Shown: positions 50,805 through 61,928, counted from the whole stretch's first letter. The stretch is DNA of 63,931 bases, filler included, from Lama guanicoe (GCA_013239625.1; 160 parts of 160 records of this genome joined end to end with filler, not necessarily neighbours in it); one strand, 5' to 3'. Numbers and translations are program-made. Notes: generated by a model from the letters alone, not told the origin.

Positions 50805-51105
50805 TCGATGCCATCCTTGTCCATCTGGCTGGCCTCATGGGGTGGCTTGGTGTTGGCCCCCTTGCCCACCACGGCGATGTGACACCTCCCATGGCCCCTC
50901 GGCCCCGTGGGGACGTGCGCGGGGGCCAGCAGGACAGCCCGCACGTGGGGCAGCTGGGGCTCTGCGGCGGTGAGCGGGGCCCCGAGCCCGGGCCGCTCCC
51001 GCCCTCGGGGCCACCGCGCAGCCCGAACGGAGCGCCGTGCTGGCGCCTGGAGTCCGGGCCGTCGGGCCCAGCGGCCCTAGGGACACAGCTCCGCCTGCCT
51101 CTGGG
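50805..51105. promoter_or_regulatory. CpG-rich fragment, possibly the 5' end of a gene or retrocopy on the minus strand
   Basis: GC/CpG-rich. Minus strand ggggccATGG is followed by coding-like sequence in another frame (IAVVGKGANTKPPHEASQMDKDGI). Not recognised. Confidence 0.4.
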
Positions 51106-51606
51106 NNNNNNNNNNNNNNNNNNNNNNNNNNNNNNNNNNNNNNNNNNNNTTAATTAATTAANNNNNNNNNNNNNNNNNNNNNNNNNNNNNNNNNNNNNNN
51201 NNNNNTGCTTCTGTCCCACCCGGGTAGTTTCTGCCTCCTTGGACCTGGGTGTACGTGAGTCACCCGAGTGCAGAGTGCAGGGTGTGACAATATAGAATTA
51301 CACTGTATAGTTACATATATGGCAAAAATAATAGGGTTTATTTTTATGCGTGTATCGCATGTACCTGGAATGAATGTGTCACCTACAGGTTTACTATAGA
51401 TAAGGACGGCCATATGGGTGTGGTGATGTGATTTGGATGGTTGGCTGTTTCGATCTTCTCCATCTTGTGGACGTTCTCTCTGCCTTTTGTATGAAGTGCT
51501 GAGTGANNNNNNNNNNNNNNNNNNNNNNNNNNNNNNNNNNNNNNNNNNNNTTAATTAATTAANNNNNNNNNNNNNNNNNNNNNNNNNNNNNNNNNNNNNN
51601 NNNNNN

Positions 51607-51903
51607 AATATAGAATGTAGAACACAGAATATAGAATATAGAATACAGAACGCAGGATTTAGAAAATGTAATTCAGAACACAGAATATTGAATGTAGAAT
51701 AAAGTACAGAATGTAGAATATAGAATGTAGAGCACAGAATATAGAATATAGTATACAAAACGCAGGATTTAGAACATGTAATTCAGAACACAGAATATAG
51801 AATATAAAATAAACAATAGAATGTGGTATATAGAATGTAGTACACAGAATATATAATATAGAATACAGTATATAGAATGTAGAATACAGAATGTAGAACA
51901 CAG
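51607..51903. repeat. 7-bp minisatellite (AGAATAT/AGAATGT/AGAACAC) with a 110-bp higher-order unit
   Basis: Heptamer periodicity; the interruption cgcaggatttagaa.atgtaattcagaacacag occurs at 51651 and 51761. Confidence 0.92.
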
Positions 51904-52667
51904 NNNNNNNNNNNNNNNNNNNNNNNNNNNNNNNNNNNNNNNNNNNNTTAATTAATTAANNNNNNNNNNNNNNNNNNNNNNNNNNNNNNNNNNNNNNNNN
52001 NNNTTTTTCCTTTTAGCTTCTCTCCATATTTTCCTATTACATATACTGATGAATTCTTAGTCTTTCTCTACAGCTCTTTAATATGTCCAACGGATTTCTC
52101 TTTCTCCAGAACATTGAATTTGTATGTTTGTAAGAAGCTCCTCTCTAATTTATTGTTTCTGTGGCAGCCTTCTCCCACCTGATGTTGAGTTTGAGGAAGA
52201 AATCTTGAACACTTGTATCTCTAAGGCTAAATGGAGTGCTTTATAGGAAGTCAGCTAATAAATTCAGTGAATGAAAGAATCATAGGTATTCAGTCAATTT
52301 ATCCNNNNNNNNNNNNNNNNNNNNNNNNNNNNNNNNNNNNNNNNNNNNTTAATTAATTAANNNNNNNNNNNNNNNNNNNNNNNNNNNNNNNNNNNNNNNN
52401 NNNNTGGCTCCTAGTTCCTGTACACCTTGGTCTTGCAGTGACCTGGGAAGGAACGATTTTGGCCTCACCATGGCCGCACGACAGTGGAGGCCAGTCTGTT
52501 TGGCAGCAGTCTGAGCTGCAGGCTGCAAGCTCGCTGGGCTCATTCCAAACAGGGCGCTCGGAGCTCCCAGCGGCAGGCTTTCTTGGAAAAGGGGTCCTGG
52601 CATTGCTCCCCCATCGAGTCCTTGTGAGTGTCTCCCACCCCTCCTCCCCTCCAATGTGCTTGGTTAC

Positions 52668-52705
52668 CTTCATGGCGTCGTACAGCTCCTTGGCTTCGTA
52701 TCTGT
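52668..52705 (-). CDS. ANXA8: Annexin A8 coding exon, 3' end with donor site
   Basis: AC AGA TAC GAA GCC AAG GAG CTG TAC GAC GCC ATG AAG|gtaacc = RYEAKELYDAMK, matching recalled ANXA8 YPPYRYEAKEL(H/Y)DAMK|G at an annexin intron position. Confidence 0.8.
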
Positions 52706-53206
52706 NNNNNNNNNNNNNNNNNNNNNNNNNNNNNNNNNNNNNNNNNNNNTTAATTAATTAANNNNNNNNNNNNNNNNNNNNNNNNNNNNNNNNNNNNNNN
52801 NNNNNAGTTGTCTGGCATGTTGAGGAGGGAGGACTGTTCTAGGCTGAGAGGTGACCTGTGTGATGAGCCTGGAGCAGGAAGTGCTCACTGAAGGACTGAA
52901 AGGAGGCCAGTCTGGGTGGGACACAGTACAGGAGGAGAGGGTTCAAAATGACACCGGGGAGACATGCGGGAGGGTCTCGAGAGCCATCCTATGGATTTTT
53001 TATATTATCCATGGCCAGTGCATGAATTTTAAACATGAAGAGGTAGTCCCATTTGTTTATTTTTGCTTTTATTTCCTTGCCTGAGGAGACATATCAAAAA
53101 AAAAAANNNNNNNNNNNNNNNNNNNNNNNNNNNNNNNNNNNNNNNNNNNNTTAATTAATTAANNNNNNNNNNNNNNNNNNNNNNNNNNNNNNNNNNNNNN
53201 NNNNNN

Positions 53207-53346
53207 GGGGAGGGTATAGCTCAGTGGTAGAGTGTGTGCTTAGCATGCCCAAGATCCTGGGTTCAATCCATTTGCCTCCATTAAAGAATAAATAAATAAA
53301 TAAACCTAATTATCTCCCCCATCCCCAAAACCCAAACAAACAAAAA
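53207..53346 (+). mobile_element. Camelid-type tRNA-derived SINE (Vic-1/SINE_Vpa-like), near full length
   Basis: GGGGAGGGTATAGCTCAGTGGTAGAG (A box)...CTGGGTTCAATCC (B box)...(AAAT)n AAACCTAATTATCTCCCCC plus an A-rich tail. Confidence 0.88.
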
Positions 53347-53607
53347 GTTTTTTTTACAAAGAAAAAAAACAATATTGGGGTTCCCTTTATGTGTAAACTT
53401 AATCTGTCTTATAGTAAAGAGGGAACGGGTTTCCCTGATTTACCTGAGGAAAAAAGGCAGCAGGTAGCTCTGGACTTAGAGGCTTCCAGCTTGAAAACAC
53501 CCACACANNNNNNNNNNNNNNNNNNNNNNNNNNNNNNNNNNNNNNNNNNNNTTAATTAATTAANNNNNNNNNNNNNNNNNNNNNNNNNNNNNNNNNNNNN
53601 NNNNNNN

Positions 53608-53908
53608 TCAAGGTCAAGGTCAAGGTCAATGTGAGAGTCAGGGTCAGGGTCTGGTTGAGAATCCATTAGAGAGGATCAGTGAGAGGATGAATGTCAGGGT
53701 AAGGATGATGGTTATCATCAAGGTGAAGGTAAGATTGAAAGTTGGATTCAAGTTGACAGTGAACGTCCAGTTCTAAGTCAAGGATTCAGTGTCTGTGAGG
53801 ATGAGGGTGATGATCAGGATTAGGGTCAGTGTCAGGTTCAGGATCAAGATTAATGTGTGTCAGGGTCAGGGTGAGCATGATGTTCATTGTTAAGTTCAAG
53901 GTCAATTA
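53608..53908 (+). repeat. Degenerate telomere-like hexamer array (TCAGGG/TCAAGG/TGAGGG/TTAGGG variants)
   Basis: 6-bp periodicity across the contig, e.g. tcaaggtcaaggtcaagg, gtcagggtcaggg, gattagggtcagtgtcagg. Confidence 0.8.
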
Positions 53909-54008
53909 NNNNNNNNNNNNNNNNNNNNNNNNNNNNNNNNNNNNNNNNNNNNTTAATTAATTAANNNNNNNNNNNNNNNNNNNNNNNNNNNNNNNNNNNN
54001 NNNNNNNN

Positions 54009-54309
54009 AAAAAATTGAAGAATAAAAATCATGTAATCATCTCAATAGGTAACAAAAAAGCTTTTGAAAAAAATTCAGCATTGATGTGTGATAAAAACTC
54101 TCCACAAAGTGGATATGGAGGAATCATTCTTCAACATAATAAAGATCATATATGAGACCCCACAGCTAGTATCACACTTAATGGTGAAAAGCTGAAAGCA
54201 CTTCCTCCAAGATCAGGAACAAGACAATAATGTCCGTTCTCACCGTTTTTGTTCAACATTGTATTGGAAGTCCTGGCCCCAGAAATCAGAGAAGAAAAAG
54301 AAATTCAAA
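54009..54309 (+). mobile_element. LINE-1 reverse transcriptase fragment (stops present)
   Basis: KNHVIISI..KAF...[32 protein letters not shown], the L1 RT GTRQGCPLSPLLFN motif. Confidence 0.95.
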
Positions 54310-56486
54310 NNNNNNNNNNNNNNNNNNNNNNNNNNNNNNNNNNNNNNNNNNNNTTAATTAATTAANNNNNNNNNNNNNNNNNNNNNNNNNNNNNNNNNNN
54401 NNNNNNNNNAACTGAATATGAAATGAGACTATTCTCTTCACCAATAATTATCTCGTCCATGGGAAATTAATTCCTCAACCAGTCATATTTCAGATGGATC
54501 GAAAGTGCTTAGATACCCTTCAAACATGTTAGTAGCGTCTACTTGAGTGCAACATACACTCAGCACAGGGAAGGTACTGTTCTGTGTAGCTGGACCAGAG
54601 AGAAAAGGCGGAGGGAAGGGGCCAAGGATAAACTCATCAGCAAAATGGTTGTTGTTAACGGATGATTTCATATCATGCCTCTTGAGTCACAAAACTGCCA
54701 AGGGTATGCCNNNNNNNNNNNNNNNNNNNNNNNNNNNNNNNNNNNNNNNNNNNNTTAATTAATTAANNNNNNNNNNNNNNNNNNNNNNNNNNNNNNNNNN
54801 NNNNNNNNNNGTCCCGTCTGCCAACCTCATAATTCTGGCAAATATCTATGAAAGTGGGACATAGGTGTTTGAACACCAGCAAATGGAATTTTTACAGTTG
54901 TGCCATTAAAATGAACAGGTACACATTCTTATTGTTTGTCTGTTTTCTGGATAGCTAGCAGCTTTGCTCAACAAAAAGATGACTATCTAAACATAACTTA
55001 AAAAAACACAAACTCGCAACTTTAATACTGTGTGTCCAGTTTGGGTTATCTAACTTAAATATTCCAATACCAATGGGGAGACCTAGCAGGACCCTGCAGG
55101 GCACACACCCCNNNNNNNNNNNNNNNNNNNNNNNNNNNNNNNNNNNNNNNNNNNNTTAATTAATTAANNNNNNNNNNNNNNNNNNNNNNNNNNNNNNNNN
55201 NNNNNNNNNNNAGTGGGTCAGTCCATACAACTTCAAATCTACCAGGCTGAGGGCAGAAACTGTAAGTTGTCCTAAGACACCAGGTCAATGTCTCGTAGTA
55301 TCTCAGAGGCATAACTGAAGGCAGGCAGTGCCTCCACAGAGTTGATGGTGTGCAGTGTGTCGGCCCCAAGACCTGGACCACCACTGCTCTCACCAACAGG
55401 ACCCACGCATCCACAGGCCCCCTCCTGCCCACAGGGGCAACAAGACACGGGGTAACTCTGACTCACTCCCACAGACAGAAGTGGGGCAAGAACTAACTGA
55501 CAGCAGGGTTGGNNNNNNNNNNNNNNNNNNNNNNNNNNNNNNNNNNNNNNNNNNNNTTAATTAATTAANNNNNNNNNNNNNNNNNNNNNNNNNNNNNNNN
55601 NNNNNNNNNNNNTCCTTTCCCTTCTCCCAGTGGTAGCTCTATGCCAATACATTTTTCCTAACATAATTCATTTGTGAGATTCCTCTTGTTACATGCACAG
55701 CACATTAGAAAGTTGTATGCGGATGGGCAACAAAGGTATTTTGCTGTGGGCATTCAGGGGATGTGAAATTTTTTCTCAAGTGTCATGAAAATGTCTAGGA
55801 TCACAAACCCTGCTCTGCTCTTGAAAAATGATCTACTGTTATCAATAAATAAGAAAATAGTGAGGTGTTAATTGTTGTGAACACCTGAAGCTTGAGAAAA
55901 AGAGTTCAAAAAGNNNNNNNNNNNNNNNNNNNNNNNNNNNNNNNNNNNNNNNNNNNNTTAATTAATTAANNNNNNNNNNNNNNNNNNNNNNNNNNNNNNN
56001 NNNNNNNNNNNNNAAAGAATGAAGTGTCATGTTAGCACACCTCTTGGCCTGGCATTAAGTAATGTTTATACATCATAATGTGAATGCTGGTTGTTGATTT
56101 TCAACTTTTAGAACCAGTCTGTGATCAGAAAGGTTTGGTTGCTGTGTACTTCAAGATACGAATGCTGACAGCCTTGATGCTGTTAAAGGAGAAGTGTGGC
56201 TGACCCCAGGTGAGCTGCGGAAGGGCAGAGGAGAGGTGTGTGATGGCTCCAGTATCTGTGAGGAGTTGAGATGCAGAGTCAGCTTAGTGGAGCAGGGAAT
56301 TTATATTCTGTATCNNNNNNNNNNNNNNNNNNNNNNNNNNNNNNNNNNNNNNNNNNNNTTAATTAATTAANNNNNNNNNNNNNNNNNNNNNNNNNNNNNN
56401 NNNNNNNNNNNNNNATCATGGACTGATGACATATTTGTACAATACAATGAAGATTCATTACTAAGAATTTTTTGTCACTGATAAAG

Positions 56487-56588
56487 ACAGAGTTCACCTT
56501 CCAACAAGAGAACAGGACAAAATCAATGAAACCATTTTTGGACATTGAACTTCAGAGAAAAGCAAAGAAAAAGAGGAAAACAGACGAG
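56487..56588 (+). other. Candidate 102-bp phase-0 exon of an unidentified gene
   Basis: ttttttgtcactgataaag|ACA...GAC GAG|gtgagc, reading TEFTFQQENRTKSMKPFLDIELQRKAKKKRKTDE (basic, NLS-like). The acceptor is weak and no homology is recognised. Confidence 0.3.
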
Positions 56589-56815
56589 GTGAGCCCTGTT
56601 ATCACGCACTTTGCTTTGCAGAGGCAGGTTCTAGGCGCCAGCACAGGAGGGAGTCACCAAAAAGAGCCGACTTGAAGCACTGTTGGATTGAGACAGATAG
56701 AGTTGGGGATCCTGANNNNNNNNNNNNNNNNNNNNNNNNNNNNNNNNNNNNNNNNNNNNTTAATTAATTAANNNNNNNNNNNNNNNNNNNNNNNNNNNNN
56801 NNNNNNNNNNNNNNN

Positions 56816-57116
56816 TTTTTTTTTAAATGTTCTAGTTCTGTGAAAAATGCCATTGCTAATTTGATAGGGATTGCATTGAATCTGTAGGCTGCCTTGGGTA
56901 GCATGGTCATTTCAACAATACTAATTCTTTTATTCAGAGAACAGTGTTGTCCTTAATTTCTTTCATCAGTGCCTTATCATTTTTGGAGTACAGGTTTTTT
57001 CCTGTTTAAGTAGATTTATTCCTATGTATTTTATTCTTTTTGATGGAGTGGTAAATGGAATTCTTGGCTTAATTTCTCTTTCTGATAGTTCATTATTAGT
57101 GTATAGAAATGCAACA
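56816..57116 (-). mobile_element. LINE-1 ORF2 fragment
   Basis: ctagttctgtgaaaaatgccattg, gatagggattgcattgaatctgtag, tagatttattcctatgtattttatt, ttagtgtatagaaatgcaac. Confidence 0.93.
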
Positions 57117-58268
57117 NNNNNNNNNNNNNNNNNNNNNNNNNNNNNNNNNNNNNNNNNNNNTTAATTAATTAANNNNNNNNNNNNNNNNNNNNNNNNNNNN
57201 NNNNNNNNNNNNNNNNGTGTGCTGTCTACCAGAAACTGACACATTGTAACTGCACTTCAATGAACTTTTTTTTAGAAAAGAAATAACCAGGAGAGATACT
57301 TACTCAATATTACATTTGAGGGTCTACCCTGAGCTAGACCCTGGCTGATCAGTGGAGGAGACAGACCCTCTGTAAGCTCGGCTGTCTGAACTTCCTGGAC
57401 TCACCACAGTCCACCAGGTACAGGGGAGGGGACTGAGCTTGGGTGGCACCCAGGGGACTAGAAAGGAGTGGATGGGAGGCAAGGGTGCGTCTCAGGGCTG
57501 ACGGGAGAGAGAGGAGCNNNNNNNNNNNNNNNNNNNNNNNNNNNNNNNNNNNNNNNNNNNNTTAATTAATTAANNNNNNNNNNNNNNNNNNNNNNNNNNN
57601 NNNNNNNNNNNNNNNNNTGGAAATAATTACACGTTTAAACCAAACTGGAGAGGTTTCATGAAGAACTCCTGCAGAACCTTTCCCAGAATCACTAGTTTTA
57701 ATGCTTTGCCACAGGTGCTTTTTGGATATCCCCTGTCCTCTCAGACTCTGCATATCTGTCTAGATGCACATCCATTAGCACGCGTGTTCAGCGCACACAC
57801 AGCCACACAGAATGTTAATTTTCAGAATCACTGGGGAACAACTTCTACCTTCCATCATCCAAGCCTTCATATTTCTTCATAAATACACTAAAGAATCCAC
57901 AACATACATCAGTTTGGGNNNNNNNNNNNNNNNNNNNNNNNNNNNNNNNNNNNNNNNNNNNNTTAATTAATTAANNNNNNNNNNNNNNNNNNNNNNNNNN
58001 NNNNNNNNNNNNNNNNNNGGGGCCGGCCGGCCGGCGGCCCGGAGGCCCGGGTCCGGACGCCTCCGGGGCCACTTGCCCCCTGCCAGCGAGCCTGATGCGG
58101 GGATCCGAGCTGGGACGGGCCTGGAGAGTCCCTGGGAGGCGGGCGGCAGGCGCGCGGTGTGCGCCGAGTGCTGTGCGCGGTGGCTTGGCTCGGCTCGGCC
58201 CTGCCCGGCCGGGCTCGGTTCGGCAAGGCGCGGGCCGGCCGAGCCGGCGGCAGGGAAGGCGCAGCGCG

Positions 58269-58280
58269 GGCTCTTGAGGC
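58269..58280 (+). promoter_or_regulatory. 5S rDNA upstream D-box
   Basis: GGCTCTTGAGGC at -32..-21 relative to the 5S start; the mammalian D-box consensus is GGCTCTTGGGGC at that position. Confidence 0.85.
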
Positions 58281-58300
58281 GCCGCGTGGCGCCTGCTGCT

Positions 58301-58319
58301 GTCTACGGCCATACCACCC
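58301..58319 (+). rRNA. RNA5S: 5S rRNA gene, first 19 nt (truncated), preceded by a GC-rich spacer from 58019
   Basis: GTCTACGGCCATACCACCC is the exact 5' end of mammalian 5S rRNA; D-box upstream; CpG-rich spacer. Confidence 0.9.
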
Positions 58320-58820
58320 NNNNNNNNNNNNNNNNNNNNNNNNNNNNNNNNNNNNNNNNNNNNTTAATTAATTAANNNNNNNNNNNNNNNNNNNNNNNNN
58401 NNNNNNNNNNNNNNNNNNNGACTTGCCAAATTAGTAGCTTAATCACTGGAGTAGGTAACTAATCTCTTTTTGGACCAGAAATACCATGGGGTGGGTCAAA
58501 GCTCATGCAGAAATAGCTTTCTGCAGTCTTTTTGTTTTCTCCTTAGAAGGAAAGACAACCAAAGTAGAGCCTAACAGGAATTCACCTGAGACATATTATT
58601 GTCCTCTATGCTGCATGTAATAGCAAATGGTGTCTGTAAAATCGTTGGTGTACACATCTATGTCAAGCCTGGATGCCCGGAGGAAACAGCTGAGTCAATT
58701 TCAGAGGCCTTTCAGCAAACNNNNNNNNNNNNNNNNNNNNNNNNNNNNNNNNNNNNNNNNNNNNTTAATTAATTAANNNNNNNNNNNNNNNNNNNNNNNN
58801 NNNNNNNNNNNNNNNNNNNN

Positions 58821-58927
58821 AAATAAATAAATAAAACCCAATTACCTCCCTCTCATTAAAAAAAAAAAAGAAAAAAATTAATTAAAAAACTAATTATCTC
58901 CCCCCCAAAAAAAAACCTAAAAAAAAG
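58821..58927 (+). mobile_element. Tail of the camelid-type SINE, with the terminal motif present twice
   Basis: (AAAT)n AAACCCAATTACCTCCC..polyA..AAACTAATTATCTCCCCCCC polyA; compare the tail at 53288-53330. Confidence 0.75.
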
Positions 58928-59019
58928 GACACAACTGATAATAATAACAGCAACTGCTAGAATGAATATATTATTTACATTGTACCCAGCAATACTGTAC
59001 ATGTATTTCATATAGTAAC

Positions 59020-59121
59020 ATGTTTGGTTTCTACAACTCTATGAGGTAGGAACTGGTATTACTTCCACTTTACAGGTGAAGGAATTGAGGCATAAAGAGA
59101 TGAAATAAATTGCCCCAGGTG
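59020..59121 (-). mobile_element. MIR SINE fragment
   Basis: caactctatgaggtagg..tattacttccactttacaggtgaaggaattgaggcataaagagatgaaataaattgcccc. Confidence 0.8.
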
Positions 59122-59622
59122 NNNNNNNNNNNNNNNNNNNNNNNNNNNNNNNNNNNNNNNNNNNNTTAATTAATTAANNNNNNNNNNNNNNNNNNNNNNN
59201 NNNNNNNNNNNNNNNNNNNNNTGGTTCAGGTGCCGCTTCTGTCGGAGCTGAGGTCACTGCGGGGTAGGATGGTCGGGGTGGCTTCCCAGAAGCTGCAGAG
59301 CCTGAGTTGGGCCTTGAAGGATCCGTAAAGTAAGGATGTTGGGTAGCGGTGGGGTTGGAGTTGAGAGCAAAAGTGTGGTGATGAAGAGGAGTGGGTCCCT
59401 GCTTCCTTGGTCTGAGTGTTCCTGTGAAACCACACTGGGCTAGCCGGTGGGGTCCCCTGAATGAAGCCTCTTCCCCTCCTCCAACAGGATGAGGTCCTTA
59501 AGGAGACCGTATCTCAGCGCCCNNNNNNNNNNNNNNNNNNNNNNNNNNNNNNNNNNNNNNNNNNNNTTAATTAATTAANNNNNNNNNNNNNNNNNNNNNN
59601 NNNNNNNNNNNNNNNNNNNNNN

Positions 59623-59706
59623 CCACATCCTCCTCCTCCATATCCTCCTCCTCCTCCACCTCCTCCTCCTCGACCTACTCCTCCTCCAACTTCTCCTCCT
59701 CCTCCA
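59623..59706. repeat. Imperfect (CCT)n trinucleotide repeat
   Basis: Directly visible. Confidence 0.9.
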
Positions 59707-60424
59707 CATTCCTTTTAAGGTAGAGAAAGATAGTACTGCTCTTCCTGGTCCTAGAAACCAGGTAAGAACTGAGCGTACTTGGAGATTCCACCGAAAGACT
59801 GCTTCTGGCTCTTTTCATTAGAGGATAAATGCTGCACCACTGGTAAATCTACTTCCAGCTTGATTTATCCAGTGAATTCTCCATAATTCAACTCTTGAAT
59901 TCATTGCAGACTATCTGGAAGACNNNNNNNNNNNNNNNNNNNNNNNNNNNNNNNNNNNNNNNNNNNNTTAATTAATTAANNNNNNNNNNNNNNNNNNNNN
60001 NNNNNNNNNNNNNNNNNNNNNNNCCATGGCAGTGGCATGGGAAGTGAGGGGACAGATAAAGGCAAGGCGGTCTGGAGCTTTCCAGATCTGATTCAACTTT
60101 CGGGGAAGAGAAGGGACATGTAAAGTGGCAAGAGAAGCAGCGAGCCGAGAGGCTGGGTGAGCTGGACCGAGGGACAGGCAAGGTCAACACGGGAATCAAG
60201 GGGTTGGCGGCTGGGGGCCGTGAGAATACAGGGAAGGGGGAGGCAGGAAAAGCCTCTTCTTGAGCCCCAGGCAATGGGAGCCCGATTCACTCATCAGCAA
60301 GGCCTGCCCAGAGCTCAGAAGGCANNNNNNNNNNNNNNNNNNNNNNNNNNNNNNNNNNNNNNNNNNNNTTAATTAATTAANNNNNNNNNNNNNNNNNNNN
60401 NNNNNNNNNNNNNNNNNNNNNNNN

Positions 60425-60553
60425 CTGTAATAGCCTATGATGAAAAGAATATGAAAAGGAATATATATATATGCATAACTGAATCACTGTCTGTACCCCA
60501 GAAATGGACACAACACTGTAAACCAACTATACTTCAATTTTTGAAAAAAAAAG
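60425..60553 (+). mobile_element. LINE-1 extreme 3' end with A tail (artiodactyl type)
   Basis: gaatatgaaaaggaatatatatatatgcataactgaatcactg..tgtaccccagaaat..acacaacactgtaaaccaactatacttcaat followed by an A-rich tail. Confidence 0.88.
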
Positions 60554-60825
60554 AGAAGAAGATCTGCTGCATCTGAGGAAGTATGTTCTGCTCTTCTTCC
60601 AGATGAGAAATGAATTGTGTTTCCTTTCAACATCCAAATCTCCTACAAACGTCTCTCACTGGTGGAATCTAAATCAGAGCCTTCCTGGCAAAGGAGTCTT
60701 AAAAAGTAAGTCTCCCAGGCCTTCANNNNNNNNNNNNNNNNNNNNNNNNNNNNNNNNNNNNNNNNNNNNTTAATTAATTAANNNNNNNNNNNNNNNNNNN
60801 NNNNNNNNNNNNNNNNNNNNNNNNN

Positions 60826-61126
60826 TGTAAATTGTGCTGCTGTGAACACTGGGGTGCATGTATCTTTTCTCATTAGAGTGACCTCTGGATATATGTCCAG
60901 GAGTGGGACTGCTGGATCATATGTTAAGTCTATTTTTAGTTTTTTGGGGAATCTCCCAACTGTTTTCCATGACTGCACCAAACTACAATCCCACCAACAG
61001 GGAAGGAGGGTTTGCTTTTCCCCACACACTCTCCAGCATTTATCATTTGTGGACATTTTTTAACAATGGCCCTTCTGACTGGTGTGAGGTGATGCCTCAT
61101 TGTAGTTGTGATTTGCATTTCTCTGA
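60826..61126 (-). mobile_element. LINE-1 ORF2 3' end
   Basis: gctgtgaacactggggtgcatgtatc, ggagtgggactgctggatcata, ctctccagcattt, tgactggtgtgaggtgatgcctcattgtagtt. Confidence 0.95.
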
Positions 61127-61627
61127 NNNNNNNNNNNNNNNNNNNNNNNNNNNNNNNNNNNNNNNNNNNNTTAATTAATTAANNNNNNNNNNNNNNNNNN
61201 NNNNNNNNNNNNNNNNNNNNNNNNNNAGGCCTAGCAAAATGACAGGGTGCCACTGAGAACTGGACAGCAGAGCACGACCGAGCAAACCGCGTGGGGATGA
61301 GGGCTCAGTGGTCTGGTGGGTCGGGCAGGGGGACCAAAGGCAGCCACAGCAGGTGACAGCAGCATCTCCAGGGTGACGGACATCCCTGAGTGAGCCTGCC
61401 TCACTCAGCACACCTCAGGGCCTGCTCTGCAGAGCCAAGAACTGCAGGCCTCAGAGGCTGCCAATATTATTTCTTCAAGATCATGGTTGCTAAGGGCTTG
61501 TGCCCCCTCCACGTCATCCCAGTATCTNNNNNNNNNNNNNNNNNNNNNNNNNNNNNNNNNNNNNNNNNNNNTTAATTAATTAANNNNNNNNNNNNNNNNN
61601 NNNNNNNNNNNNNNNNNNNNNNNNNNN

Positions 61628-61928
61628 CAACTTAAATATCCAAGGGGGAGCACTCGCTGCAATTGTATTTTCCACTGAAAACTACTATTACCTTGAAACC
61701 GGCGCTTGGAAACATGAGAGAAATCAAAGAATGCGTTTCTACATTTCACTCTGCCTTTTAAGATGGATAAAAGAACGCCTCCACACATGTCAAATTCTGA
61801 GGGTTGAATGTGTGTCAAAACTGTCAATCACCTGGCTTGAAGGGAAGACAAAGTTTTCTTTGAGTGGGTAACTGGAATACATACATATATATGGGGAGAT
61901 ACGAGCTCCAACACGGTTTTACAGTGAA
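61628..61928 (+). repeat. Diverged member of the ~249-bp satellite family
   Basis: ttccactgaaaact..ttgaaaccggcgcttggaaaca and gagctccaacacggttttacagtgaa align with 43194-43491; internal period 249. Confidence 0.8.

Noticed and set aside
51555..51901. Hydrophobic YSIF/YIL-repeat ORFs
   Set aside because: These are translations of the 7-bp minisatellite, with no evidence of coding.
53207..53280. tRNA gene
   Set aside because: It has A and B boxes but continues into an (AAAT)n/C-rich/A-rich tail, and a second diverged copy lies at 45995. It is a SINE, not a tRNA.
59623..59720. Poly-Pro or poly-Glu coding exon
   Set aside because: The plus poly-Pro frame stops right after the repeat and the minus Glu-rich frame contains TAG. 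It is a simple repeat.
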